From the NCBI GenBank assembly GCA_035759945.1, contig DASTTX010000202.1:1-56168 (forward strand): a DNA stretch of 56,168 bases, given 5' to 3'. A program made the position numbers and the translations under genes. Shown piece by piece: positions 46,525 to 56,168 of this stretch. The stretch's first letter is position 1. Each line of letters opens with the position of its first letter. The notes under the pieces were generated by a model. The model made no database searches. It saw only the letters and a list, made by a program, of their open reading frames with translations, and was not told the origin of the DNA. Source of the stretch: Candidatus Limnocylindria bacterium (GTDB lineage: Bacteria; Chloroflexota; Limnocylindria; QHBO01).

Positions 46525-47610
46525 CTAGGCGGCGATGACGGAGCGCACGAAGCGCTCGAGGTCCTCCCGTCGCTCCGGCGGACAGGGCAGCTCCTCGAGC
46601 AGGGCAAGCGCGCGATCGCGGTAGCGGCGCGCCTCGGAGGAAGCGTGCTCGCGCGCGCCGCAACGGGCGAGGATGTCGAGGACCTCCGTGACCAGCTCGT
46701 CCGACATCGGCTCATCGGCGACGGCGCCTTCGTCGCGCGCATAGATGGCGCGCAGGCGGGCCCGATCGGCGTCGCTGCCGTGCTCGAGCGCCCAGACCAC
46801 CGGGAGGGTCTTCTTGCGGCGGCGAACGTCGCCGGCCTCCGGCTTACCCGACTCGGCCGATGCCCAGAACGTGCCCTTCACGTCATCGGCCATCTGGAAG
46901 GCCATGCCGAGGTCGTAGCCGAAGCGCCGATAGGCCTCGATGACCTCGGGGTCATCGGTGGCCAGGATGGCGCCTGCCTGGACCGACGCCCCGAGCAGCG
47001 CCGCCGTCTTCTTGCCGATCATCTCCAGGTAGGCGTCGACGGTGACGCTGTCGTGACGCTCGAAGGTGATGTCGAGGTACTGGCCCTCGCACAGGGCCAG
47101 GCACGTCTCGTCGTAGATGCGCATCAGCTCGAGCACGCGACGCTCGTCGAACCCATCGTCGAGCAGCCGATAGATGGCGAGCCGGCTGAGGGCGAACAGG
47201 GCGTCGCCGGCATTGATGGCCAACGGGATGCCCCAGATGGCCCACAGCGTGGGCCGATGGCGACGCTCGCGATCGCCGTCCTCGATGTCGTCGTGCACCA
47301 GGCTGAAGTTGTGCCCCAGCTCCACGGCGGCCGCGCCCGGCAGCGCGGCGTCGTAGTCGCCGGTGAGCGAGTGGTACGCCAGTAGTCCCAGCAGCGGGCG
47401 CAGGCGCTTCCCTCGCGCGACTTCGGTCCCGTCCAGGCCGAGGTGGTAGGCGAGCATCTCGTACAGCGGACGGGCATGCCCGCCACGCTCGTTGAGGACG
47501 CGCGTCATCTCGCCGTCGATCTTGGCCAGCTCGCGCGTAAACTCGACCCTGATGTCCACGCCGGAAGCGTACCCGACCTCCTCGACGAGGCGCGTCATGG
47601 GTGTGGCCAT
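46525..47610 (-). CDS. Polyprenyl (trans-isoprenyl) diphosphate synthase family protein
   Basis: GKRLRP, the first Asp-rich motif LVHDDIEDGDRERRHRPT, GKKTAAL, and a second motif FQMADDVKG (DDxxG rather than DDxxD). Confidence 0.88.
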   Translation of the reverse strand: MATPMTRLVEEVGYASGVDIRVEFTRELAKIDGEMTRVLNERGGHARPLYEMLAYHLGLDGTEVARGKRLRPLLGLLAYHSLTGDYDAALPGAAAVELGHNFSLVHDDIEDGDRERRHRPTLWAIWGIPLAINAGDALFALSRLAIYRLLDDGFDERRVLELMRIYDETCLALCEGQYLDITFERHDSVTVDAYLEMIGKKTAALLGASVQAGAILATDDPEVIEAYRRFGYDLGMAFQMADDVKGTFWASAESGKPEAGDVRRRKKTLPVVWALEHGSDADRARLRAIYARDEGAVADEPMSDELVTEVLDILARCGAREHASSEARRYRDRALALLEELPCPPERREDLERFVRSVIAA

Positions 47611-47672
47611 GTCAGTCTGGCGCGCGAGCGATTCATGATACCGAAGTGTAGCAAGTTACTGAGTGGCCCGCC

Positions 47673-48458
47673 ATGAGCCCACGGCCGCGCGTCTACAAGA
47701 CCGAGGCGATCGTGCTGCGCAGCATGGATCTCGGAGAGGCCGATCGCGTCCTGACGGTGCTCACGCCGCGTCTCGGCAAGCTCCGCGTCATCGCCAAGGG
47801 CGTGCGCCGGCCACGCTCGCGCATCGGCGGGGGGCTGCAGCCGTTCAGCGACGTGCAGCTCGTTCTGGCGGTCGGCCGCACGTGGGACGTGGTCACGTCG
47901 TCGTCGCTCGAGGATCCACACCTCGGCCTGCGCAACGACCTGCACTCGACCGCGGCCGCCTGGTACGTCGTCGAGCTGGCGGATCGCTTCTGCGAGGGCG
48001 CGGCCGATTCCCACGACGCCTTCCGGCTGCTGGCGCAGGCGCTGTCGGCCCTGGACGCGGGCGGCGAAGTCGTCCGCGAGGTGGTCGCCCGCTGGTTCGA
48101 GCTCGCCCTGCTGGATGCGATGGGCTTCCGGCCCGAGCTTCGCCGCTGCCTCGAGTGCGGCGCCGAGCTCGAGCCCGACGGCAACGCCTTCTCGGCCACG
48201 GGCGGGGGAGTGCTGTGCCCGCAATGCCGTCACGCCGCGCTCGCCGCACGGCCGATCTCCGCCGACGGCCTCAAGGTGCTGCGCCACCTGCAACGCTCGC
48301 CGCTGGTCGGCGTCCTTCGCCTCAAGCTGGTGCCGCCCCTGCATCGGGAGGTGGAGCGGCTGCTGCACGCCACCGTCTCGGCCGTGCTCGAGCGCGAGCT
48401 TCGTTCACGCGACTTCCTCGAGGAGGTCGCCGCGCGCGAAGTGGCCACGACGGCCTGA
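47673..48458 (+). CDS. recO: DNA repair protein RecO
   Basis: AIVLRS.D.GEADR.L.VLT...GK....AKGVRR..SR pattern and the zinc motif C..CG...17 residues...CP.C. Confidence 0.9.
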   Translation: MSPRPRVYKTEAIVLRSMDLGEADRVLTVLTPRLGKLRVIAKGVRRPRSRIGGGLQPFSDVQLVLAVGRTWDVVTSSSLEDPHLGLRNDLHSTAAAWYVVELADRFCEGAADSHDAFRLLAQALSALDAGGEVVREVVARWFELALLDAMGFRPELRRCLECGAELEPDGNAFSATGGGVLCPQCRHAALAARPISADGLKVLRHLQRSPLVGVLRLKLVPPLHREVERLLHATVSAVLERELRSRDFLEEVAAREVATTA

Positions 48459-48462
48459 AGCG

Positions 48463-49338
48463 ATGACCGTGGCCGCCGACGGCGAATCGGGCGGCTCGGC
48501 TCCGGCTTCTTCGCCGCCCTCGGCCATCGGCGACCTGGGGCGTGCGTTCGTCCGCGCGTCGCGCCGCGCGGAGTTCCTCGCCGTGCTGGTGGCCGCGGTG
48601 GGCGTTCCGCTCGTCACCGTCCCGCTCACCATCGCGATCGGCATGAGCCCGCTCGGCCGGATCTGGAACGAGTTCCCGGCTCCGTGGCTGTCACTTTCGA
48701 GCGTCACGTTCATCGCGCTTCTCGTCGTCGTCTGGACGTTCGCCGCGATCCGCCTGCTGCCCGCGGACCTGCGCCCCGCATTCGAGGTCTTCGCCTGGGC
48801 CGGAGAGCGGGGATTGGCGGCGCTCCGCGCCGCGACGGGCAGCGATTACACCCCGACATCTCCGGCCGCCGCGCGCCGATGGCTGCTCCAGCACGCGGAG
48901 ACCGAGGCCGATCGCTGGTTCCGCGTCCAGGTTCGGCTCATCGCGGGCGACACCGACGGAGCGCAGGAGACCGTCGCGCGCATGTCCGAAGCGGACCCCC
49001 AGGCGCGCTGGCTCAAGGCCGAGGCGGCGGCGCTGACCACGCTCAGCATGTCCGGTGATGTCGACCTCGTGGCGCTGCGCGCCGCAGCCGAGACGCTGGA
49101 CGGCGAGGCGCGCCTCGGTGCTGAGACGGATATCGCCGTCATCGAGAGCCGCATCGCGGTCGCGCGGGGCGGCGACTGGCGCCAGCCGCTGGCGGCGTTG
49201 CGCGACCGCATCGGACCTGCCGCGGACGGGATCCTGTGGCGGGCGTACGGCATGCGCCGCATCCGCGCCGCACTGCCGCTCGCACTCGCGCTCGCCATCG
49301 GCCTCAACCTCCTGGGCCTGCTGCTCGGGGGAGCGTGA
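48463..49338 (+). CDS. Hypothetical membrane protein (291 aa)
   Basis: ATG at 48463, 5 nt after the recO stop. Hydrophobic segments (FLAVLVAAVGVPLVTVPLTIAIG, VTFIALLVVVWTFAAI) precede a ~170-aa helical domain and a C-terminal TM (ALPLALALAIGLNLLGLLL). I recognise no family. Confidence 0.55.
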   Translation: MTVAADGESGGSAPASSPPSAIGDLGRAFVRASRRAEFLAVLVAAVGVPLVTVPLTIAIGMSPLGRIWNEFPAPWLSLSSVTFIALLVVVWTFAAIRLLPADLRPAFEVFAWAGERGLAALRAATGSDYTPTSPAAARRWLLQHAETEADRWFRVQVRLIAGDTDGAQETVARMSEADPQARWLKAEAAALTTLSMSGDVDLVALRAAAETLDGEARLGAETDIAVIESRIAVARGGDWRQPLAALRDRIGPAADGILWRAYGMRRIRAALPLALALAIGLNLLGLLLGGA

Positions 49339-49433
49339 ACGCTCGACGGCGGGGCCGAGTTCGGCCGGTCCGCTAGACTCGACCACCCCACCACCCGGTC
49401 AACATCCGTCGCATCAGGAGCCAACGTCCGACC

Positions 49434-50804
49434 GTGCCAGCGCCGAACTTCGACGTTATCGTCAGCCTCGCAAAGCGCCGTGGATTCGTGTTCCCGTCCA
49501 GCGAGATCTACGGCGGCATGGCCGGCTTCTGGGATTACGGGCCGCTCGGCGTCGAGCTGAAGAACAACGTCAAGGCGGCGTGGTGGCGGCACATGGTCCA
49601 CCTGCGGGACGACGTGGTCGGCCTCGACGCGGCGATCATCATGAACCCTCGCGTGTGGGAGGCGTCCGGGCACGTCGCGGGCTTCAGCGACCCGATGGTC
49701 GACTGCCGCAACTGCAAGCTGCGCTTCCGCACCGACGACCTCAAGGGCAACCCATCCGAGATCGCCTGCCCCAACTGCGGCCAGCGAGGCACCCTGACCG
49801 AGCCACGCCAGTTCAACCTGATGTTCGCCACCCACGTCGGGCCGGTGGCGGAGTCCGCATCCGTCGCCTACCTGCGCCCCGAGACCGCGCAGGCGATGTT
49901 CGTGCAGTTCGAGAACGTCGCGACCAGCATGCGCAAGAAGCTGCCGTTCGGGATCGCGCAGATCGGCCGCAGCTTCCGCAACGAGATCACGCCAGGCAAC
50001 TTCATCTTCCGCGACCGTGAGCTCGAGCAGATGGAGATGGAGTTCTTCGTCCATCCCCGCGACGAGGACGAGTGGTTCGCCCACTGGGTCGACGCGCGTC
50101 ACCGCTGGTGGACCGATGTGCTCGGCATCAACCCCGATCGCCTCCGCCTGCGTCCGCACGAGACGGACGAGCTCAGCCACTACTCGAAGCAGACCACCGA
50201 TATCGAGTACGAGTTCCCGATCGGCTGGTCGGAGCTGGAGGGCATCGCCGACCGCACCGACTACGACCTGAAGGCGCACGCCGCCGCATCGGGCAAGAAG
50301 CTGGAGCTGTTCGACGCCGAGACCGATGCGCACGTGGTGCCCTACGTGATCGAGCCCGCCATGGGTGTCGACCGCGCCGTGCTGACCATCCTGGTCGACG
50401 GCTACACGGAGGAGCAGCTGGCAAGAGAGAAGCGGGTCGTGCTGCGCATCAAGGCGGACCTGGCGCCAATCAAGGTGGCCGTGCTCCCGCTGCTGCGCAA
50501 CCGTCCCGAGCTCGTGGAACGCGCCCGGCGCCTCACGGGCGACCTCAAGCAGCGCGTCACGGCGACGTACGACGACACCGCCTCGATCGGCAAGCTCTAC
50601 CGGCGCCAGGACGAGATCGGGACGCCGTTCTGCGTGACCGTCGATGTCGACTCGCTGGAGGATGGCGCGGTCACCATCCGTGAGCGCGACACGATGACGC
50701 AGGAGCGCGTCGCATTCGACCTGGTTGCGCAGCGCATCGCCGACCTGCTGGACGGTCGGACCGCCTGGGAAGGCGTCGCGCGCGAGGCGGCCGGTGGGGA
50801 CTGA
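49434..50804 (+). CDS. glyQS: Glycine--tRNA ligase (dimeric class II, GlyQS type)
   Basis: L.KRRGF.FPSSEIYGG..G.WDYGPLG, FRNEI.P....FR.REF.QME.E.F, and the Cys insertion C..C...13 residues...CP.CG. Confidence 0.96.
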   Translation: MPAPNFDVIVSLAKRRGFVFPSSEIYGGMAGFWDYGPLGVELKNNVKAAWWRHMVHLRDDVVGLDAAIIMNPRVWEASGHVAGFSDPMVDCRNCKLRFRTDDLKGNPSEIACPNCGQRGTLTEPRQFNLMFATHVGPVAESASVAYLRPETAQAMFVQFENVATSMRKKLPFGIAQIGRSFRNEITPGNFIFRDRELEQMEMEFFVHPRDEDEWFAHWVDARHRWWTDVLGINPDRLRLRPHETDELSHYSKQTTDIEYEFPIGWSELEGIADRTDYDLKAHAAASGKKLELFDAETDAHVVPYVIEPAMGVDRAVLTILVDGYTEEQLAREKRVVLRIKADLAPIKVAVLPLLRNRPELVERARRLTGDLKQRVTATYDDTASIGKLYRRQDEIGTPFCVTVDVDSLEDGAVTIRERDTMTQERVAFDLVAQRIADLLDGRTAWEGVAREAAGGD

Positions 50805-50826
50805 CCCGAGCGTGGACGCCAGTGCC

Positions 50827-51567
50827 ATGGACCACGATGCGTTGCGCGAGGCGTACGAGCGTGGCGACCACGAGGAGGTCCTGCGACAGACCGATGCGCT
50901 GATCGCGCAGCGGCCGGGCGACGACGCCGCCCACGAGCTGCGGGCTCGCTCGCTCCTGGCGCTCGGCCGGCTCGGGGAGGCGGAGCGCCACGCCCAGGAC
51001 GCGGTTCGGCTCGATCCCGAGGAGATCCGCTACCGCGAGCTGCTGGCCGAGGTGCTCGCCGCCGGTGGCGCGCATCGCGACGCCGCGGCCGAGTTCGGCC
51101 GGCTGGCCCGCAACGATCCGGCGCAGGGTGAGTGGCAGGTCGCGGAGGCGCACGAGCGGATCGAGGCGGCACAGCCGGACATGGGTGTCGACGCCGCCCG
51201 GCGCGCCGTGCGCCTCGACCCCAGTGATGGCCGTGCCCAGCTGGAGCTCGCGCGGGCCCTGGTGCGCACTGGCGACGCTCGAGGCGCGGTCCAGGCCGCG
51301 TCGACGGCCGCGCAACTCCGTCCGGACGACCCGACCGCGCGTGAGGCCCTGGCCGATGCCCGCTGGCTGGCGGACGACGATGCCGCAGCATTCGCCGAGT
51401 TCCGCGCGCTGGCCGACGAGCTCCACGGCGCCGACCGCGATCGAGTCGTCGGCAAGGCGAGGACACTGTACCGCCAGCACGCGGGATGGCTCGGACGGCT
51501 CGTTGCGGGGATTGGTCCGCTCTTCGAGCTCGCCTTCGCTCGCGGCTGGCTGCACGCGGGGCGATGA
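50827..51567 (+). CDS. TPR-repeat protein
   Basis: The pattern A...A..A..LDP recurs at least three times. Start is ATG 50827 (GTG alternatives at 50794 and 50812). Confidence 0.68.
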   Translation: MDHDALREAYERGDHEEVLRQTDALIAQRPGDDAAHELRARSLLALGRLGEAERHAQDAVRLDPEEIRYRELLAEVLAAGGAHRDAAAEFGRLARNDPAQGEWQVAEAHERIEAAQPDMGVDAARRAVRLDPSDGRAQLELARALVRTGDARGAVQAASTAAQLRPDDPTAREALADARWLADDDAAAFAEFRALADELHGADRDRVVGKARTLYRQHAGWLGRLVAGIGPLFELAFARGWLHAGR

Positions 51568-51917
51568 ACGTCGGGCTGCTGCGGCAGCGCATGAGCGCCG
51601 CGCTCGAGACCGCCATGCGCACCCGCGAGGCGAGCGCGATCGCGCTCACCGCCGATCGGACCAAGGCCATGGCGGTGGCGCTCGCCGGCCTGCCCGACGA
51701 CGCGGAGGTCGAAGTTGACGTGCTCGACCTGCCGACGCGCGCTGCCGCCACCGTCCTCGGCTTCCACCCCGAGCACGTGCGCCGCCTCATTCGGAGCGGC
51801 CGGCTCCGGGCCCGGCGCATCGGCGGCGACTACCGGCTGGCATTGGACGACCTGTGGCCGCTGATCGAGGCGCGCTACCGCGAGCCTGGCCGGCGACGCG
51901 TGGCCCGACGCCGGTGA
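51564..51917 (+). CDS. Excisionase/MerR-type helix-turn-helix DNA-binding protein (117 aa)
   Basis: ATGA overlap with the TPR gene. The C-terminal LPTRAAATVLGFHPEHVRRLIRSGRLRARRIGGDYRL matches the HTH_17-type consensus. Confidence 0.6.
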   Translation: MNVGLLRQRMSAALETAMRTREASAIALTADRTKAMAVALAGLPDDAEVEVDVLDLPTRAAATVLGFHPEHVRRLIRSGRLRARRIGGDYRLALDDLWPLIEARYREPGRRRVARRR

Positions 51918-52465
51918 ACGATCTCCGCGTCGTGGTGAGACAGACCGACGAGCTCGGTCCCGACCTCACCGCGGACCTCATCGGCCTGTGCGAAGCGGCC
52001 TTCGCCGAGCCGTTCGCGGCCGCCTGGGAGCAGGTGGGGCCGGGACTGCATGTCATCGGCGAGCTCGCGGGGCAGCCGCTTGCGCATGCCCAGATCGTCG
52101 ATCGGCGGCTCTACCTGGGCCACGAAGCGGACCTTGCGATCGACGTCGGCTACGTCGAGAGCGTCGCGACCCGGCCCGATGCGCAGCGGCGCGGGTACGC
52201 CACGGCCGTCATGCGGCGGGTCGGAGAGCTCATCGCCGAGGAGTACGCGCTGGGCGGTCTCGCCACCGGCAGCAACGCCTTCTACGAGCGGCTCGGCTGG
52301 GAGACCTGGCGCGGCCCGGTCGGCGTTCGGATGCCCGACGGTGAGCGCGTTCGCGACGCGGGCGAGGATGGCCATGTCATGGTGCTGCGCACCTCCCGCT
52401 CGCCCGCCGGCCTGTCGATCGACGCTCCGGTCTTCGTCGACTGGCGGCCGGGCAACCCGTGGTAG
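51914..52465 (+). CDS. GNAT acetyltransferase of the aminoglycoside 2'-N-acetyltransferase AAC(2')-I family
   Basis: GTGA overlap with the HTH gene. It aligns along its length with my recollection of mycobacterial AAC(2')-Ic: AF...F....WE, AHA.I..RRL, GYVE.VA.R.D..RRG, Y.LG.L......FY...GW..W.GP, and the terminal DWRPGNPW against DWRAGDVW. Confidence 0.83.
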   Translation: MNDLRVVVRQTDELGPDLTADLIGLCEAAFAEPFAAAWEQVGPGLHVIGELAGQPLAHAQIVDRRLYLGHEADLAIDVGYVESVATRPDAQRRGYATAVMRRVGELIAEEYALGGLATGSNAFYERLGWETWRGPVGVRMPDGERVRDAGEDGHVMVLRTSRSPAGLSIDAPVFVDWRPGNPW

Positions 52466-52505
52466 GTCGCACCCGCCGGGCACGGGGGTTGCATTGGCTT
52501 GCTCG

Positions 52506-53462
52506 GTGAGCATCGAAGCAATCCTCTGGCATCCGGACGGGCGCGACGAAGAGATCGACCTGAGCGAGCCGAAGCGCAGGCGCCTCTCCAAGGATCAGCT
52601 CCTGTGGGTCGACCTCGAGTCCGCCGACGAGGACGAGCGCGCCAGCGTGGCCACCGCCCTCGGCCTCAGCGACGATGCGATCGAGGCGCTCCAGTCGGAG
52701 CTGAGCACGCCCGATGCTCGCGTCCTGGAGGGCGCTGTGGAGGTCGACGTCCTGTCCATGAACGATGGCAAGGAGCTCGAGCCGGTGCCGCTCCGGATCC
52801 TCATGGGCCGTGAGTGGCTCATCACCCGCCACGACGCACCGCTGCCGTACCTGGCCCAACACCGCGAGCGCCTGCGCGACGAACGCCCGATCGGTCTCCT
52901 CAAGCCGGTCGAGTTCCTCGTCTCCATCCTCGACTGGCACGTCGACTCCTTCTTTGCCGCCGCGGACGAGCTCGAGCACAAGGTCGACGAGCTCGACGAG
53001 GCGGCGCTGCGCCGCGACGACGACCTGCTCCAGGTGCTTGTCGCGATGCGTCGGCGCATCGCCAAGGTTCGGCGCATCGTCGGGAGGCATCGCGAGGTGT
53101 TCGCCGAGCTGGTGCGCCCCGATTTCGTGGCGGACATGGACGAGGCGCAATCACGTGCGCTCGCTCACGAGGCTGAGCGGCTCACGCGCGCCAGCGACGC
53201 GGTGTCGCACGTGCGCGAGATGCTCATCGGCACGTTCGACGTGCACATGACTCGCACTGCACAGCGCACGAACGACATCATGCGGGTCCTGACCTGGACG
53301 TCGGTCATCCTGCTGCCGGGCGTCGTGCTCGCCGGCATCATGGGCATGAACTTCAAGGTGGGCCTGTTCGACAACCCGAACATGTTCTGGGTCGTGATCG
53401 GCTTCATGATCTTCACTGCGGTCGCCACGCTCGTCGTCGCCCGGTGGCGCGGCTGGCTCTGA
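52506..53462 (+). CDS. corA: Magnesium/cobalt transporter CorA
   Basis: C-terminal VLTWTSVILLPGVVLAGIMGMNF (the GMN motif) plus a second TM. GTG at 52506 (alternative TTG at 52494). The upstream part of ORF 52050-53462 is a shadow over the acetyltransferase gene. Confidence 0.92.
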   Translation: MSIEAILWHPDGRDEEIDLSEPKRRRLSKDQLLWVDLESADEDERASVATALGLSDDAIEALQSELSTPDARVLEGAVEVDVLSMNDGKELEPVPLRILMGREWLITRHDAPLPYLAQHRERLRDERPIGLLKPVEFLVSILDWHVDSFFAAADELEHKVDELDEAALRRDDDLLQVLVAMRRRIAKVRRIVGRHREVFAELVRPDFVADMDEAQSRALAHEAERLTRASDAVSHVREMLIGTFDVHMTRTAQRTNDIMRVLTWTSVILLPGVVLAGIMGMNFKVGLFDNPNMFWVVIGFMIFTAVATLVVARWRGWL

Positions 53463-53609
53463 CACGGCGTGCCTTCGACGGTGATCCCTTGGCCGACCGC
53501 CGGTGCACTGGCCCTATTCCACATGACGCCGGTCTCGCGTTGAGTTTCGCCAGTGTCCTGGAGCCCTCGCCGCACGAGCAGCGCGCCAACGAGGGCTTCA
53601 TGCGTACCA

Positions 53610-53680
53610 GGCGCCAAATGAACTGGCGAAATCGCACACCACACGCGTCTCTAGCGGAATAGCGCCAATCAACTGGCGCT
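53610..53680. promoter_or_regulatory. Two related palindromic boxes (candidate operator sites) upstream of ppdK
   Basis: Site 1 (53610-53628) is GGCGCCA-AATGAAC-TGGCG. Site 2 (53661-53680) is AGCGCCA-ATCAAC-TGGCGCT with perfect 7-bp arms. Centres are about 51 nt apart, and a TACAAT -10-like hexamer lies at 53738-53743. Confidence 0.3.
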
Positions 53681-53786
53681 GCCGTCAGCTATCACGACTG
53701 CCCAGGCAGCCGGAGTCGCCCTTCAGCCCGCCCGCGGTACAATCGTCGTTCCCCACGAAGCTCACGAACGAGGACCGATTCGCCGC

Positions 53787-56168
<2,382 letters not shown>

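Noticed and set aside
49339-49433. A T-box leader upstream of glyQS, as found in Bacillota.
   Set aside because: The spacer is only 95 nt. No T-box consensus (AANNNGGGTGGTACCGCG-like) or terminator/antiterminator pair is visible. A TAGACT hexamer at 49374-49379 lacks a usable -35.
51564-51917. An excisionase-type HTH gene as a marker of a prophage or integrative element.
   Set aside because: There is no integrase, no phage-like genes, no flanking direct repeats or tRNA, and no visible compositional shift. It is embedded by 4-nt overlaps between chromosomal-looking genes.
51564-52465. An HTH + GNAT pair as a type II GNAT toxin-antitoxin system (TacAT/KacAT-like).
   Set aside because: The GNAT aligns end to end with my recollection of AAC(2')-I enzymes rather than with tRNA-acetylating toxins. 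The upstream protein is HTH_17-like, not the RHH/DUF1778 antitoxin type. The 4-nt overlap is the norm in this genome.
53444-53662. A 72-aa + ORF and an overlapping 74-aa minus ORF (53413-53637) in the corA-ppdK spacer.
   Set aside because: No recognisable motifs, no Shine-Dalgarno sequence, and mixed third-position composition compared with neighbouring genes. The region is treated as non-coding.

Overview
This is a very GC-rich bacterial chromosomal segment; codon third positions are almost always G/C. I call 73 protein-coding genes, 71 on the + strand, and no tRNA, rRNA, CRISPR array or recognisable mobile element. The left ~24 kb is the classical translation/transcription super-cluster: the rpoC 3' end, the str operon (rpsL-rpsG-fusA-tuf), the S10-spc-alpha operons (rpsJ to rplQ, including secY, adk, map, infA and an rpmJ absent from the ORF track), then truA-rplM-rpsI. 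A strong terminator follows. After it comes a cell-envelope and housekeeping array: cdaA-cdaR-glmM-glmS, acpS, a dehydratase-only nnr, alr and a divergent macro-domain gene. Next is a seven-gene cluster of uncharacterised proteins (32422-38248). Downstream lie tsaE-tsaB-rimI-tsaD-rsmA-ispE-ridA-glmU, a DUF21/CBS CorC-type gene, a two-gene minus-strand islet (tspO plus a polyprenyl synthase), recO, a hypothetical membrane protein and glyQS. The window ends with a TPR/HTH/AAC(2')-like trio, corA and a 3'-truncated ppdK that is also absent from the ORF track. The best candidate for an undescribed system is the 32422-38248 cluster. It encodes a small soluble protein, four membrane proteins (2-TM, ~6-TM, 2-TM, ~6-TM), an orphan MutL/GlmL-like actin-fold ATPase and a multi-domain beta-barrel protein. 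These genes are chained by 4-nt start/stop overlaps and lie exactly where alr and tsaE are adjacent in other genomes. Secondary observations include low-complexity extensions on S3, L5 and L15, an insertion in S12, canonical TTGACG-17-TATACT promoters, a possibly leaderless tsaE, and twin palindromes upstream of ppdK. Many of the longest ORFs in the track are antisense or off-frame shadows typical of high-GC DNA. All functional calls come from reading the translations against remembered family motifs; no database search was run.
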